From Nitrosopumilus sp. (lineage in GTDB: Archaea; Thermoproteota; Nitrososphaeria; Nitrososphaerales; Nitrosopumilaceae): DNA of 64,000 nucleotides. Position numbers and translations under genes: made by a program. The notes below the pieces were generated by a model. The model searched no databases and had not been told where the DNA came from. It saw nothing but the letters and a program-made list of their open reading frames with translations. Below, in pieces: positions 21,418-31,635 of this stretch. The stretch covers positions 416,001-480,000 of the forward strand of contig OZ244732.1 in NCBI GenBank assembly GCA_965219345.1. The letters run 5' to 3'. Positions within the stretch are counted from its first letter, which is position 1; each line of letters starts with the position of its first letter.

Positions 21418-22767
21418 TCAGCCTCCAAATGATTTTAGAATAGTTTTTGAGTTTTTTTCAGAAATGATCTTACCTTGACAATCATAAATGAAAGATACAG
21501 ATGAGTTTTGATATATTTCATTTAATCTAAATTCAGTTTTAGAATGATGCTGAACAATACAAACACAGCCAAATTTATTGATTAAATTATCATCTAAAGA
21601 AGGAAGTATATCAAATACTTGATTTTTCATATGATTTTCAACAATATATTTTTCCATTAAATCAGATTTAAAATAAGGATCGTAAACTGAGCATTCAAAG
21701 TTTTTATTCAAAAATTTATCTAAAATTTTAAAGCTTGGTGAATCACGCATATCTTCAATATCAGGTTTATAGGCTAATCCACAGATTAAGATTTTTTTTT
21801 GAAGATGATGTTCCTCCAAGATTTGGCTTATTGTCTGAACTATATATTCAGGAATAAATGCATTGATCTTTAATGCATTTTTAATAGTATTAAATTCTGA
21901 ACCAAATTTTTTTGAAGATTCTAAAAGAAATCTTGGATCTTTAGGGATACAGTGACCCCCTGCACCAGCTCCAGTATAAAATGGCATGAAACCAAAGGGT
22001 TTTGTTGCAGCAGCATCCATAACTTCAGAAACGCTAATTCCTAGATGGTCACATAATATTGCCAATTCATTCACAAGGGAGATATTCACAAGCCTAAATG
22101 TATTTTCAAAAGACTTTACAGTTTCTGCAATTTTTGATGCAGTTACACGAATAAGGTTTGAATTATTTACATAATGATAAATTTGTTTGGAAATTTTGAA
22201 AGTTAAATCATCTGAGCTGTAAACAATTCTAGGTATATTTTCTAAATTCCATTTTTTGTTTTGTGGGTCTATACGTTCAGGACAAAATGACAATCCAAAA
22301 TCAACTCCTACCTTAAACCCCTTTTCCTCAATAATTTTTTTAACATTATCGGTAGTTCCAATTTCAACACTGCTTTCAATAATTATGACATCGCCTTTTT
22401 TTGCTGTTTTAAGAAATTCGTTTACTGCGGAATTAACATATACATCAGATTTCACATCGTCAGATGGAATCGGGGTAGACACACAAATCATTCCAATTTT
22501 AGGAGAATTTGAAATTTCAGAACTTGGGGAAAATGACAAATGATTATTATTTTTACATAGGAGGAAAGATTGTTGTAAATTAATTTCAGATTCATAAAGT
22601 TCATTATTTTTTAGGCAATTAATTCTAGTTTCATCAATATCAATTCCATGTACAAAAAAATCACTAGATGCCAATCTTACTGATAATGGGAATCCAACAT
22701 ACCCAAGTCCAAAAATTTCAATATTGACTTTTTTGGAAGACATTTGTTCTAAAGTTCTTTCAATCAT
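21418..22767 (-). CDS. nucleotide-sugar dehydrogenase (WecC/WbpA-like)
   Basis: GLGYVG, CPERIDP, ENTFRLVNI, GAGGHCIPKDP, GLAYKPDIEDMRDSP. Confidence 0.92.
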   Translation of the reverse strand: MIERTLEQMSSKKVNIEIFGLGYVGFPLSVRLASSDFFVHGIDIDETRINCLKNNELYESEINLQQSFLLCKNNNHLSFSPSSEISNSPKIGMICVSTPIPSDDVKSDVYVNSAVNEFLKTAKKGDVIIIESSVEIGTTDNVKKIIEEKGFKVGVDFGLSFCPERIDPQNKKWNLENIPRIVYSSDDLTFKISKQIYHYVNNSNLIRVTASKIAETVKSFENTFRLVNISLVNELAILCDHLGISVSEVMDAAATKPFGFMPFYTGAGAGGHCIPKDPRFLLESSKKFGSEFNTIKNALKINAFIPEYIVQTISQILEEHHLQKKILICGLAYKPDIEDMRDSPSFKILDKFLNKNFECSVYDPYFKSDLMEKYIVENHMKNQVFDILPSLDDNLINKFGCVCIVQHHSKTEFRLNEIYQNSSVSFIYDCQGKIISEKNSKTILKSFGG

Positions 22768-22845
22768 TTTTTCAGCTTATGTTCAAAATTTAGATTTGCG
22801 GTATATTAGATATGCGGATGATGGATTTACTGGAAACTAATCAAA

Positions 22846-23712
22846 CTACCTGGATCTAAGTGTCTGGAAAAATCGTTTCACATAATTTACGCTAAATTTA
22901 TTTTTTGATTGAGTTTTACGGACAAATTCACGTAATTCTTTTTCATATAGTTGGTCATAATTTGATACATATCCTTTAAGCATAAAAAATGCAGATTTAG
23001 GTCTTTTTCTTGCAAAAAGCAATATTTTGATCACAGTATACGAAAATGTATATCCTAAAGCCTTTAGAGCTAAACCATAGTAATAATATTTTTTTGGATC
23101 AAACTTTGTTCCAGATTTTCTTTGTGTATCTATAAGAAGATCAGAATAGCTATTGGTGACATAACCAAAACTGTTTGCTTTAAGCACCAAATATCCTTCC
23201 CATCCATAATTTACCGGGTACAACATTCCAATTTTTTTCCAAAAATTCCAATCTACAATTCTACCCCCCCCCCTAGGTTCAATTGAAAATTCATTTTTAA
23301 TCACACCGGATGAAATGACACTAGAATCCTTTTGCATTCTTTGTACAATTTTTAAAGCATAATCAGCTGGAAAAATAAGATCACCGCCAGTTAACCATAC
23401 AAATTCGCATTTATTATCAGTATGAAGTTTTAACAGGCCCTGATTGACAGTTTTTGCCAATTCTTTTCTAGCTAAATGACTTTCTTCCCTAACAGGATTA
23501 TCAATTAATTCTATATTTGGAAAGGTTGATAAGATTTCTCCAGTGTTGTCAGTTGAGCCATCATTGATTACAATTATTCGATATGGCCGTAATTTTTGAT
23601 TAATAATAGAATCTAATGTTTTTTTAATTACTTTTTCTTCATTTCTAGCATTTAATACCACGGCAATTTTGGAATTGAATATATTTTTCATTTCAAGTGG
23701 ACTAGAAAACAT
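22846..23712 (-). CDS. GT2-family glycosyltransferase
   Basis: ARNEE, INDGSTD, NYGWEG. Confidence 0.85.
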   Translation of the reverse strand: MFSSPLEMKNIFNSKIAVVLNARNEEKVIKKTLDSIINQKLRPYRIIVINDGSTDNTGEILSTFPNIELIDNPVREESHLARKELAKTVNQGLLKLHTDNKCEFVWLTGGDLIFPADYALKIVQRMQKDSSVISSGVIKNEFSIEPRGGGRIVDWNFWKKIGMLYPVNYGWEGYLVLKANSFGYVTNSYSDLLIDTQRKSGTKFDPKKYYYYGLALKALGYTFSYTVIKILLFARKRPKSAFFMLKGYVSNYDQLYEKELREFVRKTQSKNKFSVNYVKRFFQTLRSR

Positions 23713-23792
23713 TCCATGATAATCTTTTCCAATGTTTGAAAATAGGTAAAACTATACACGTTATTTTAAAGAATACTCATACAACTCTTAAC

Positions 23793-24982
23793 TGTGGGAT
23801 CCTGAAAGTAGTATACCCCCTATCTGACATCGTATTCCTCTCCCGTTTGTTCGTCAATAACTGTTTGTCCTGGGGATGGCATCTTTCTGGTGAATGCCCG
23901 CGCCGGTGTCTCTAGGTTGTCCAGATCAAGTGACATGTGTGGCCGGTCGTGGTTGAACCATTCCACAAACCGCTCCACGGGATCCGTCTTTGGTTTCGTG
24001 TTGAACGGTCCGCCCACACGGTCCGTCTCGGATCCTGCTGAACGCACCGTTCTGTAGGCCGACTCCTCCTCGAAGAGGTGCAGTTTGCGCTGGAGTTCAC
24101 CGTGAACCCTCTCGAGCTTGCCGTTTGTCTGCGGGTGTCTTACACGCGCCAGGATCTGCCTGATGCCCAGCGACACCAGCTCCCGCTCAAATTCGGAGGC
24201 GCCTTTCTTCTTGTACTGCCCCTCGTTGGCGTAGAACTGGCTGCCGCGGTCAGTCAGAATGGACGCGGGTTTGCCGTGCGCCTCCATTGCTGCCCTGAGA
24301 ACCTCGATTGCGTGCCTGGAGGTGGCCTGATCAAAGACGCCGTATCCGACAATAAACCTGGAGGCGTCATCCAGATAGGCGATAAACCACCTTCCGTCAT
24401 CCAGCTGCTTGTAGTCTGTGTGCCACATCGAGTTGGAGTAGGTGCGCTCAAAGCGGATCCACTTGCGCCTCTTGCTCTTCTTGGGCTGCCTTGCCGACAG
24501 GTTGTTGTCCCTCATTATGCCGTGTACGGCATTGTGAGGGATATGTATTCCCTCTTCCTCCTCGATCAGTCGCTCCGTGCGGACGGCCCCCTGGCGGTGC
24601 CTGCAGTGTGCAGAGAGGACCGCAGTGTTCCCTGCGACCCGGAAGACCATTCTCGGGCCTGCCCATGCTAGCCGGGTAGACTATCCTGTCAGGTTCCACA
24701 CCCTTGTACCTGGCCCACAGTTTCTTTACCCAGATCTCGGAGATGCCCATGGTATCTGCAATCTGTCTGTTGGTCGTTTTGCCGGCCTTCTTCTGCAGGA
24801 TTATCCACTTTACCTTTGACTCGTCAAGTTTTCTCATGACCCTGATGCGGCGCCTTCCGATATGTCTCCACCTCTGTGTGCGCTTTAGGAACCCACGCAC
24901 CATCATCTCAATTCTGCGTCTTGCTTCAGTCAGTATGCGTCCCTCCTATTTTGAGGGGGTATACTACTTTCTGGACTATACA
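23793..24982 (-). mobile_element. IS481-family element, copy 1 (frameshifted transposase, 15-bp TSD)
   Basis: TGT...ACA ends with ~29-bp imperfect TIRs. rve integrase motifs WHTDYK, LDDASR, TDRGSQF, PQTNGKLER. catacaactcttaac on both sides (23778-23792 and 24983-24997). Confidence 0.92.
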
Positions 24983-25155
24983 CATACAACTCTTAACCAA
25001 GAATCAATTAAGGCTAATTCTCAGGATTGGTGATTTTTTGCATGTTTAATGGATTATTACCCGTTCTTACTACAATTTCAGGAGAAACAGAGAGAGAGCC
25101 TGGGGGGTTTTTGTACAGCCAATATGGAATTAGATTTTACTAAAAAGGCACAAAC

Positions 25156-27309
25156 TTATTCATTTTTTTCAGATATTAATGGAATATAATCGTCATTTAT
25201 TTCATAAACAAAAACCCCAATTACTGGTCCAACTTTTTGTTCTGTAAAGGATGGTGATGCATGAACTAACTGTAATGGACCATCACCGTCAACGGGATAT
25301 TTTATATCATCTGTGTATACTGGCAGAAATCCTCGTGCGTATGTTGCCGATTGCTGATTATTATTGGGATTTACATAAAATTCCAAAGAAAATGGGAACA
25401 TTTTTCCCAACAGTGTTTCATTCCAGAAATAGTCGGTTCCGCTAACCCCGTCAGAAAACAGATATTTGGAAAGATCTTCGCCGGCAATTCTCATAAACCA
25501 CTGTTTCTTTGAGTCGTCACCGCCTCCATTTAGCACATAAAGCGTTCTTTCATCTTGAGTGTTTAATTTCTGGGCAGCCAAAAAGACTAGAACGTAATCA
25601 CTATCCATTTTCTGAAGCATTTCCCAAGCATCATCAGGTGAGCTGAGGAAGATCTGAGCTATCTTTTGAATTCGTTTTTTATCCATTGTTGCATTATCTG
25701 CAAGTGTCGTTCTTTCTGACATTGTAGTTATCCAGTATCCATAATCCCACCATGCGGCAATCACAGAATCTGGAGGAGTGTTTAGTTTTATCCATTCCAG
25801 GGTTTCCAACCAATCATTTGTTACAGCGGCATATTTGGCTCCACCATTCAAAATTGTTGCGGGATAATCTAGACTCGAAACCCAATTTACATTGGCAGGT
25901 ATTTGTAAAGGCAATACAATCAGAATTAAAATAACTCCAACAAAGGAAGCTTTAATGATATTGTCTCGAACAGACGGGATTGGTTTTTTGTAATGTATGA
26001 CCTCTCTTGTTATAACTGACAAGCCTATAGAAGACAGAAGTATTAATGAAATCGAGGCAAAAACCTCCAATCTTACAAATGTAGAGCTAACATACACTCC
26101 CATCATCCCCAAAATTAATGAGAAGGCCAACATGTCTTTTGGTAAATAATCCAATGACTTGGATTTTATTTTACTAAAAATTATCCAAATACCCAAACCT
26201 GCAAAAATCATTAAAACCGAATGAAATAGAAATGATTGCTCAGTGGTTGTAGTTGCATGTTCCGATACAGAGTCTACCAGGGGATCGACTGTAGTTAGAA
26301 ACGGGTTTAAGGCATTTGAATAACGAAAGCTTGGCGACTTTAAGAGATTGGATTCCAGACCAATGACTATCAAGAACGATCCCAAAATAATTACAGCCAA
26401 TAAGAGAATCAGACAATTTCTAATTTTATTTTCAGGTTTACTGACTTTTTGAATTAAAGCACAGGCTGCCAAAAAAACAGTGGGACCAATCAGTGCAATC
26501 CCACCCAAGCCAAACACAAAGGAAGGTCCAGGCCTCTCAAACATCATTGTAGTTAATAAAAATGAAAATACAAAAACAGGAATGCACCAAATTAAAAATC
26601 CAAGGTCTTTTCTAAGAAATGGAAGAACAAAAATAAAAATTCCTATAGGAATTACCAGGAATTGAATTCCTCCCCATGACGCTAAACCAAAACTTAAGAA
26701 AATTCCTCCTGCAGCGACTTTAATAACTGCAATTTTTTTGTTTTTAGATTTAATTCCACTCAGAAAGAAATACAGTCCCAATAGTCCATAAAACAATCCC
26801 ATTGGCTCAGATTTGAACCACCCCAGTGATCCTCTTATCATGATTGGAAGGGATACTGAATAAAACAGTGCTGCAAACAAGCCGGCAGTTGTTCCCCCAA
26901 AAATTCTAACTAGTGCAAATACAATTACAACTGTTAATGAACCAATTACTACAGGAAATAAAATTGTAAAGTCGTATAAAGAGGAATTCCCCCCAAAAAT
27001 TTGATAGGTTGCTGCAGCCGTCAGATGCAACATTGTTTGCGATTGTGCAGAAACATTTCTTCCATTTGGATACCAACTCATATCATCATGCCATTGATAA
27101 TATTCTGAAATACCGTTCTCTACAATAAACTCAGTTGCTCTAAAATTGAAAAATGGATCAAACTCATTTAATTCAAATCCATAATCAGCTCCTTGAGAGC
27201 GTATCATGAAAGTTATTGAAAATGACAGAATCAACACGCCAATTACCAACAGATGGTTTAACCTGAAATCAAAATTACCTATTTGGAATAATTGGGATTT
27301 GGCATTCAT
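25156..27309 (-). CDS. aglB: oligosaccharyltransferase AglB (STT3)
   Basis: EFDPFF, multiple TM segments, VSEH, WWDYG, TLADNAT. Confidence 0.95.
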   Translation of the reverse strand: MNAKSQLFQIGNFDFRLNHLLVIGVLILSFSITFMIRSQGADYGFELNEFDPFFNFRATEFIVENGISEYYQWHDDMSWYPNGRNVSAQSQTMLHLTAAATYQIFGGNSSLYDFTILFPVVIGSLTVVIVFALVRIFGGTTAGLFAALFYSVSLPIMIRGSLGWFKSEPMGLFYGLLGLYFFLSGIKSKNKKIAVIKVAAGGIFLSFGLASWGGIQFLVIPIGIFIFVLPFLRKDLGFLIWCIPVFVFSFLLTTMMFERPGPSFVFGLGGIALIGPTVFLAACALIQKVSKPENKIRNCLILLLAVIILGSFLIVIGLESNLLKSPSFRYSNALNPFLTTVDPLVDSVSEHATTTTEQSFLFHSVLMIFAGLGIWIIFSKIKSKSLDYLPKDMLAFSLILGMMGVYVSSTFVRLEVFASISLILLSSIGLSVITREVIHYKKPIPSVRDNIIKASFVGVILILIVLPLQIPANVNWVSSLDYPATILNGGAKYAAVTNDWLETLEWIKLNTPPDSVIAAWWDYGYWITTMSERTTLADNATMDKKRIQKIAQIFLSSPDDAWEMLQKMDSDYVLVFLAAQKLNTQDERTLYVLNGGGDDSKKQWFMRIAGEDLSKYLFSDGVSGTDYFWNETLLGKMFPFSLEFYVNPNNNQQSATYARGFLPVYTDDIKYPVDGDGPLQLVHASPSFTEQKVGPVIGVFVYEINDDYIPLISEKNE

Positions 27310-27376
27310 CAGTTTGATGCTAATTTGAATGGTTATTACTCTTTTGAAAAAACAGTCTTAATTTTAAAACTAGATT

Positions 27377-29056
27377 TTACACTGTAGCTTGAGCTGCGTC
27401 ATGGAACATCTGACTTTTTGCACAGCCAGCAGCGAGTTCATCTCCTGCACCACGTCTCATAAGACCACGATAAAGGCCGTCTTCCAGTTTGACGCCTTCT
27501 CTTTCTTCCCATTCTTCTACAGTAATGGAGAATTTCTTTTGGATTCTGTCTCTATACCATTCAGGAATTACATTAAATGCACAGAATGGGACTATTCTAA
27601 GATCTGGAGTCACGTAGTGAATATCACATCTTTGTAGTCTTTCCAAGTCCTCGTTGTATTTGTCTTGAAAGTGCATCATGCCAAGGAATAATCCCTTGAC
27701 GTGCCATGAACCTACTGCATCAAATGATCTCTTCATGAGTATGTTGCCAAACATCTTTGCCAAGTCTAATCCTGCTGGCTGTTTCTTGGAATCAACAAAT
27801 CCTTTGAGTTTTCTTACAACTTCAAGCATTGTAAAGTACTTGTTCTTACCGGAACGAATCTCTTCCGCTTTATCCTCAAATAGTTCCAACATTCCTTGAA
27901 TATCACAGAATTTTGTCAATGGGACAAACTTCTTTGTATCCGCATCTTCAAAGACGTATGTTCCTGCACCACAGGCAAAGTGAATTGATAGTTCGTATTT
28001 TGGCTTGCTTGAGAATGCTTCAATTACATTTGTTAGTGGCATACAACTTGGAACTGGGAACCAATCGTCAACGGTTACCTCACCGTTTGTTTGCTCTTCA
28101 ATTCTTTGAACACAGTCAGGAACTGTAATTCTGTATTTTTCACGTTCAGTTTTGCCCATTCTTCCAGTAAGTGATACCGGTTGGAAGTTTACTGCATGAA
28201 CTACGTCCATGTTCTTTTGTGCATATCTGATAATTCCGCCTAATTCGTGGTCATTGATTGATTTGATTACTGTTGGAACAAATACTACAGAAGTACCTGT
28301 CTTTCTGCAACTGTCAAGCGCATATGGTATCTCCCAGTGGTTCTTTGGGTTTGTCCTTGCAGTTACGCCGTCAAAGGAAAGATACAGGTTGTTACATCCA
28401 GCAAGTCTTACTTCTCTTGCGGATTCTGGATCCATTGCATGTCGGATACCGTTGGTATTCATTTGGATATGATCAACACCTTCCTCTTTCATTATTTTAA
28501 TAACATCAGCAATATCTTCCCTAAGCATTGGTTCACCACCAGTAATTTGCATAGAGTTTCCTGGAATTGGTCTTTCAGCTCTTAGAGTTTTCATCATTGC
28601 TCTGATTTGAGTATGATCTGGCTCATACATGTAAGCGCCTTCAAGACCTTTCTTTACATAAAAGAAGCAATACCAACATGTTAAATCACATCTGTTAGTT
28701 ACAATCATGTTTGCAAGTCCGCTGTGAGATAAGTGGTTTGAACATAATCCACAATTGTTTGGACAGGAACATCTGTCAATCATTACGTTTGGGGAATGAG
28801 CACCTTTTCCATCTACCCAATATGTACTGAATTTCTTGTACATTTCATAAGAACCAAAGTATAATTCCTCACATTCGCCGTGAGTTGGACAGACTTTAGT
28901 CATGAAGACTTTACTGTCTCTCTCAAAAACCTCTGCATCCAGAATCATATTACAATCCGGACAGATACTTTGTGTGAATCTGATAGTAGATTTTTTGCCT
29001 AAATTTTTAGTCGATTGATTAGATATCTGAATTAGGGCCATGCCTACATCAGGCAT
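27377..29056 (-). CDS. tes: radical SAM tetraether lipid synthase (Tes/MJ0619 family)
   Basis: N-terminal CPDC...CPTHG, CPNNCGLC, CDLTCWYC, C-terminal RCDIHY...PFCAFN. Confidence 0.85.
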   Translation of the reverse strand: MPDVGMALIQISNQSTKNLGKKSTIRFTQSICPDCNMILDAEVFERDSKVFMTKVCPTHGECEELYFGSYEMYKKFSTYWVDGKGAHSPNVMIDRCSCPNNCGLCSNHLSHSGLANMIVTNRCDLTCWYCFFYVKKGLEGAYMYEPDHTQIRAMMKTLRAERPIPGNSMQITGGEPMLREDIADVIKIMKEEGVDHIQMNTNGIRHAMDPESAREVRLAGCNNLYLSFDGVTARTNPKNHWEIPYALDSCRKTGTSVVFVPTVIKSINDHELGGIIRYAQKNMDVVHAVNFQPVSLTGRMGKTEREKYRITVPDCVQRIEEQTNGEVTVDDWFPVPSCMPLTNVIEAFSSKPKYELSIHFACGAGTYVFEDADTKKFVPLTKFCDIQGMLELFEDKAEEIRSGKNKYFTMLEVVRKLKGFVDSKKQPAGLDLAKMFGNILMKRSFDAVGSWHVKGLFLGMMHFQDKYNEDLERLQRCDIHYVTPDLRIVPFCAFNVIPEWYRDRIQKKFSITVEEWEEREGVKLEDGLYRGLMRRGAGDELAAGCAKSQMFHDAAQATV

Positions 29057-29157
29057 TTTTCCGAATTAGTATTTAACGCATTTCATACTTGCCCCCGTGT
29101 GGAATTTAGGAGGCAGGCATATGTGGTTTAAATACGAAAGCTGATCGACTAGATCGC

Positions 29158-29925
29158 ATGAGCATATCTGATAAAACAAAAAAGGCCTTGGAAAAAATTG
29201 GCCTTACAAGTTATGAGATTAGAACATTCTCTGCCCTGCTCAAAGCAGGGGAACAAACGGCATCAGATCTTAGTCAAAAGTCAGGTGTGCCATATTCAAA
29301 AATTTACGAAGTATTAGGAACTCTGGAAGAAAAAAGTTGGATAGGTTCGGATGATTCAAGACCAACAAAATATTTTGCAAAATCACCATCAACAGGACTA
29401 GAAACTACAAAACAAAAAATAGAAAATGAATTTTTACAGAATCAAAGTGTAATTCTGAATGAATTAGTTCCATTGTATGAGAAAAGTGGAACAAGCGAAA
29501 AACCAGACATTTGGGTACTTTCAGGTTCAACTAACATTGCCGCCAAAATTTTAGAGATGGTAGAACCTTGTAGAAATGAAATAATGATTGCATTGCCTGA
29601 AGCTGGAGAAGAGCTAGTCAGACAAGCATTACCAAAATTAAGATCACTTCATGATAAAGGAGTGGACATAACAATACTTACTTCAGATAAAATGGATAAA
29701 GAATCTATCCGTGCAATCAAAAGGGTTGCAACCGTAAAAATCAAGAAAGGTTTGTTTGGAGGGGGCATAATATCTGACAAAAAATATGTTGTAATTTTGT
29801 TAGGTCCAGAAATAGCGGGTGAAAGCTCTTCAGATATTATTGCAATTTGGGCAGATCATGCAGGATTAGCTGGATTTGCACGTCAATACTTTGAATATTT
29901 ATTAAAAGATTCAAAGAAGGTATGA
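29158..29925 (+). CDS. TrmB-family transcriptional regulator
   Basis: LEKIGLTSYE...SGVPYSKIYEVLGTLEEK...RPTKY. Confidence 0.92.
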   Translation: MSISDKTKKALEKIGLTSYEIRTFSALLKAGEQTASDLSQKSGVPYSKIYEVLGTLEEKSWIGSDDSRPTKYFAKSPSTGLETTKQKIENEFLQNQSVILNELVPLYEKSGTSEKPDIWVLSGSTNIAAKILEMVEPCRNEIMIALPEAGEELVRQALPKLRSLHDKGVDITILTSDKMDKESIRAIKRVATVKIKKGLFGGGIISDKKYVVILLGPEIAGESSSDIIAIWADHAGLAGFARQYFEYLLKDSKKV

Positions 29926-29926
29926 T

Positions 29927-30376
29927 ATGGATACAATAGATGATGAAACTCTATTTGTAGGAACTGCAGAAGCAGAGCATATAGAGATGTATCTAAAGGC
30001 TATTTGGCATCTTAAAGAAAGAGGAGAAGATGTCAAAATTAGTTCTATTGCAAGAATGCTCAATGTCAGACAGCCAAGCGTAGTTCAAATGCTCAAGAAA
30101 TTAAATACCAAAAATTTGGTTAACTACAACAAGGCAGGGGTAAAACTCACAGAAGATGGTCAAACAATTGGTGCTAGTATGATGAGAAATAGCAGATTGT
30201 TAGAAGTTCTCATGGAAAGTGCACTAAAAGTGGAAATTGATGAGGAAATGGTATGCGGTATCGAACATCATATGAACAAGCAATTTACAGATGCTCTTTG
30301 TACAATGCTAAAGCATCCAAGAAAATGTCCACATAATCACGATATTCCAATAGGCGAATGTTGTAAATCAAATTAA
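29927..30376 (+). CDS. DtxR/MntR-family metal-dependent regulator
   Basis: EMYLKAI, PSVVQMLKKL, CGIEH, CPHNHDIP. Confidence 0.9.
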   Translation: MDTIDDETLFVGTAEAEHIEMYLKAIWHLKERGEDVKISSIARMLNVRQPSVVQMLKKLNTKNLVNYNKAGVKLTEDGQTIGASMMRNSRLLEVLMESALKVEIDEEMVCGIEHHMNKQFTDALCTMLKHPRKCPHNHDIPIGECCKSN

Positions 30377-30425
30377 GTAAAATAACATCCTAAAAGATAT
30401 ATCATCTGAAAAATTACGTTTAAGC

Positions 30426-30590
30426 ATGGCATGTTTTTGTGGATGCGAAACATATGAAAAAAACGATGACGGGTTCAAGATAGCATGTGTAAAATGTGGA
30501 CACGGACCTCAAAATCATGATGAAGAGTTTAGAGATGCTGCAAGAAAGAATGAATCACAAAGCCAAAAACGTGATGTGGACTTTGGATAA
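30426..30590 (+). CDS. 54-aa Cys/His-rich protein (absent from the ORF track)
   Basis: MACFCGCETYEKNDDGFKIACVKCGHGPQNHDEEF...; AT-rich TATA-like sequence upstream. Confidence 0.7.
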   Translation: MACFCGCETYEKNDDGFKIACVKCGHGPQNHDEEFRDAARKNESQSQKRDVDFG

Positions 30591-30595
30591 AAAAA

Positions 30596-31015
30596 CTATT
30601 CACCAATTATTTTAACTAAAACTCTTTTTGATCTTTTTCCATCAAATTCTCCATAGAAAATTTGTTCCCATGGACCAAAATCTAATTCACCATTAGTGAT
30701 GGCAACTACCACTTCACGCCCCATTACTTGTCGTTTTAGATGAGCATCTGCATTGTCCTCACCAGTTCTGTTGTGATCATACTGATCAATTGGTTCATGC
30801 GGTGCCAGGCCTTCTAACCATTTTTCATAATCCTTGTGCAAACCACTTTCATTGTCATTAATGAAAACACTAGCAGTAATGTGCATTGCATTTACAAGGC
30901 AAAGTCCTTCTTGGATTTTGCTTTTTGTAACTAGCTTTCTAATGTCAGAAGTAATATTGACAAATGCCCTTCGTGTTTTAACACGAAATGTAAGATAATC
31001 AGTCAGAGATTTCAT
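30596..31015 (-). CDS. yjbQ: YjbQ/UPF0047 family protein
   Basis: [30 protein letters not shown]. Confidence 0.9.
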   Translation of the reverse strand: MKSLTDYLTFRVKTRRAFVNITSDIRKLVTKSKIQEGLCLVNAMHITASVFINDNESGLHKDYEKWLEGLAPHEPIDQYDHNRTGEDNADAHLKRQVMGREVVVAITNGELDFGPWEQIFYGEFDGKRSKRVLVKIIGE

Positions 31016-31050
31016 ATTTGTTCAGAGTAAATCATCCATTAAAATCCTAA

Positions 31051-31109
31051 GGCAGGCTCAGAACTCAAGATCCTCATCATCACTCAAAGGGATAGGTTCA
31101 TCACCGCCC
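31051..31109 (-). ncRNA. C/D-box guide sRNA
   Basis: GGGCG-GUGAUGA(C)-ACCUAUCCCU-UUGA(D')-GUGAUGA(C')-UGAGGAUCUUGAGUU-CUGA(D)-GCCUGCC, with a terminal stem, in an intergenic region. Confidence 0.85.
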
Positions 31110-31186
31110 GCAAGTAATATTTCAGGCAGATTCCTATTGAGTCTTTCAAGAAGCTTGATAAATGGCTAATAGATCAATCATTCAAA

Positions 31187-31603
31187 ATGGTTGCAATTAA
31201 TACACCAGCTTCAGTGGAAAGTTTTCGAAGATTTATCTTTTCAAGTACATGCAAATCTTATGCACCAAGAAGTTATTTGGAAGATTTTGAGGTATTTCCT
31301 GAAAGAGAGGATAATTTGGGAGCAGTTTACGTAGAAGCAGCTGATAAAGTAACTTTGAAAAAAATTAGAGACATTACTTTTGTAAATGCAAGAGATATTC
31401 TTGGAATTATTTATAATTCAAAAAGTGGAAACACATCCCTGAAATGGCGTCAGATTAGAAGAAACAATGGAAAAGTTTCAGGAGAAGCTTCTTCAAATTC
31501 TCTTACAAATCTAGCAGAATCAGGTGTACTTACTTTAGATTGGGTTGAAAACTATCTGAAGAAAAAATCTGAGGAAGTAGAGACTAACGAAGCTACAAGA
31601 TAA
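31187..31603 (+). CDS. conserved hypothetical protein
   Basis: 138-aa ORF with host-like composition, upstream of pelota. Confidence 0.8.
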   Translation: MVAINTPASVESFRRFIFSSTCKSYAPRSYLEDFEVFPEREDNLGAVYVEAADKVTLKKIRDITFVNARDILGIIYNSKSGNTSLKWRQIRRNNGKVSGEASSNSLTNLAESGVLTLDWVENYLKKKSEEVETNEATR

Positions 31604-31635
31604 ACTCTTTTCTTTTTGTATATTAGGACAATATC

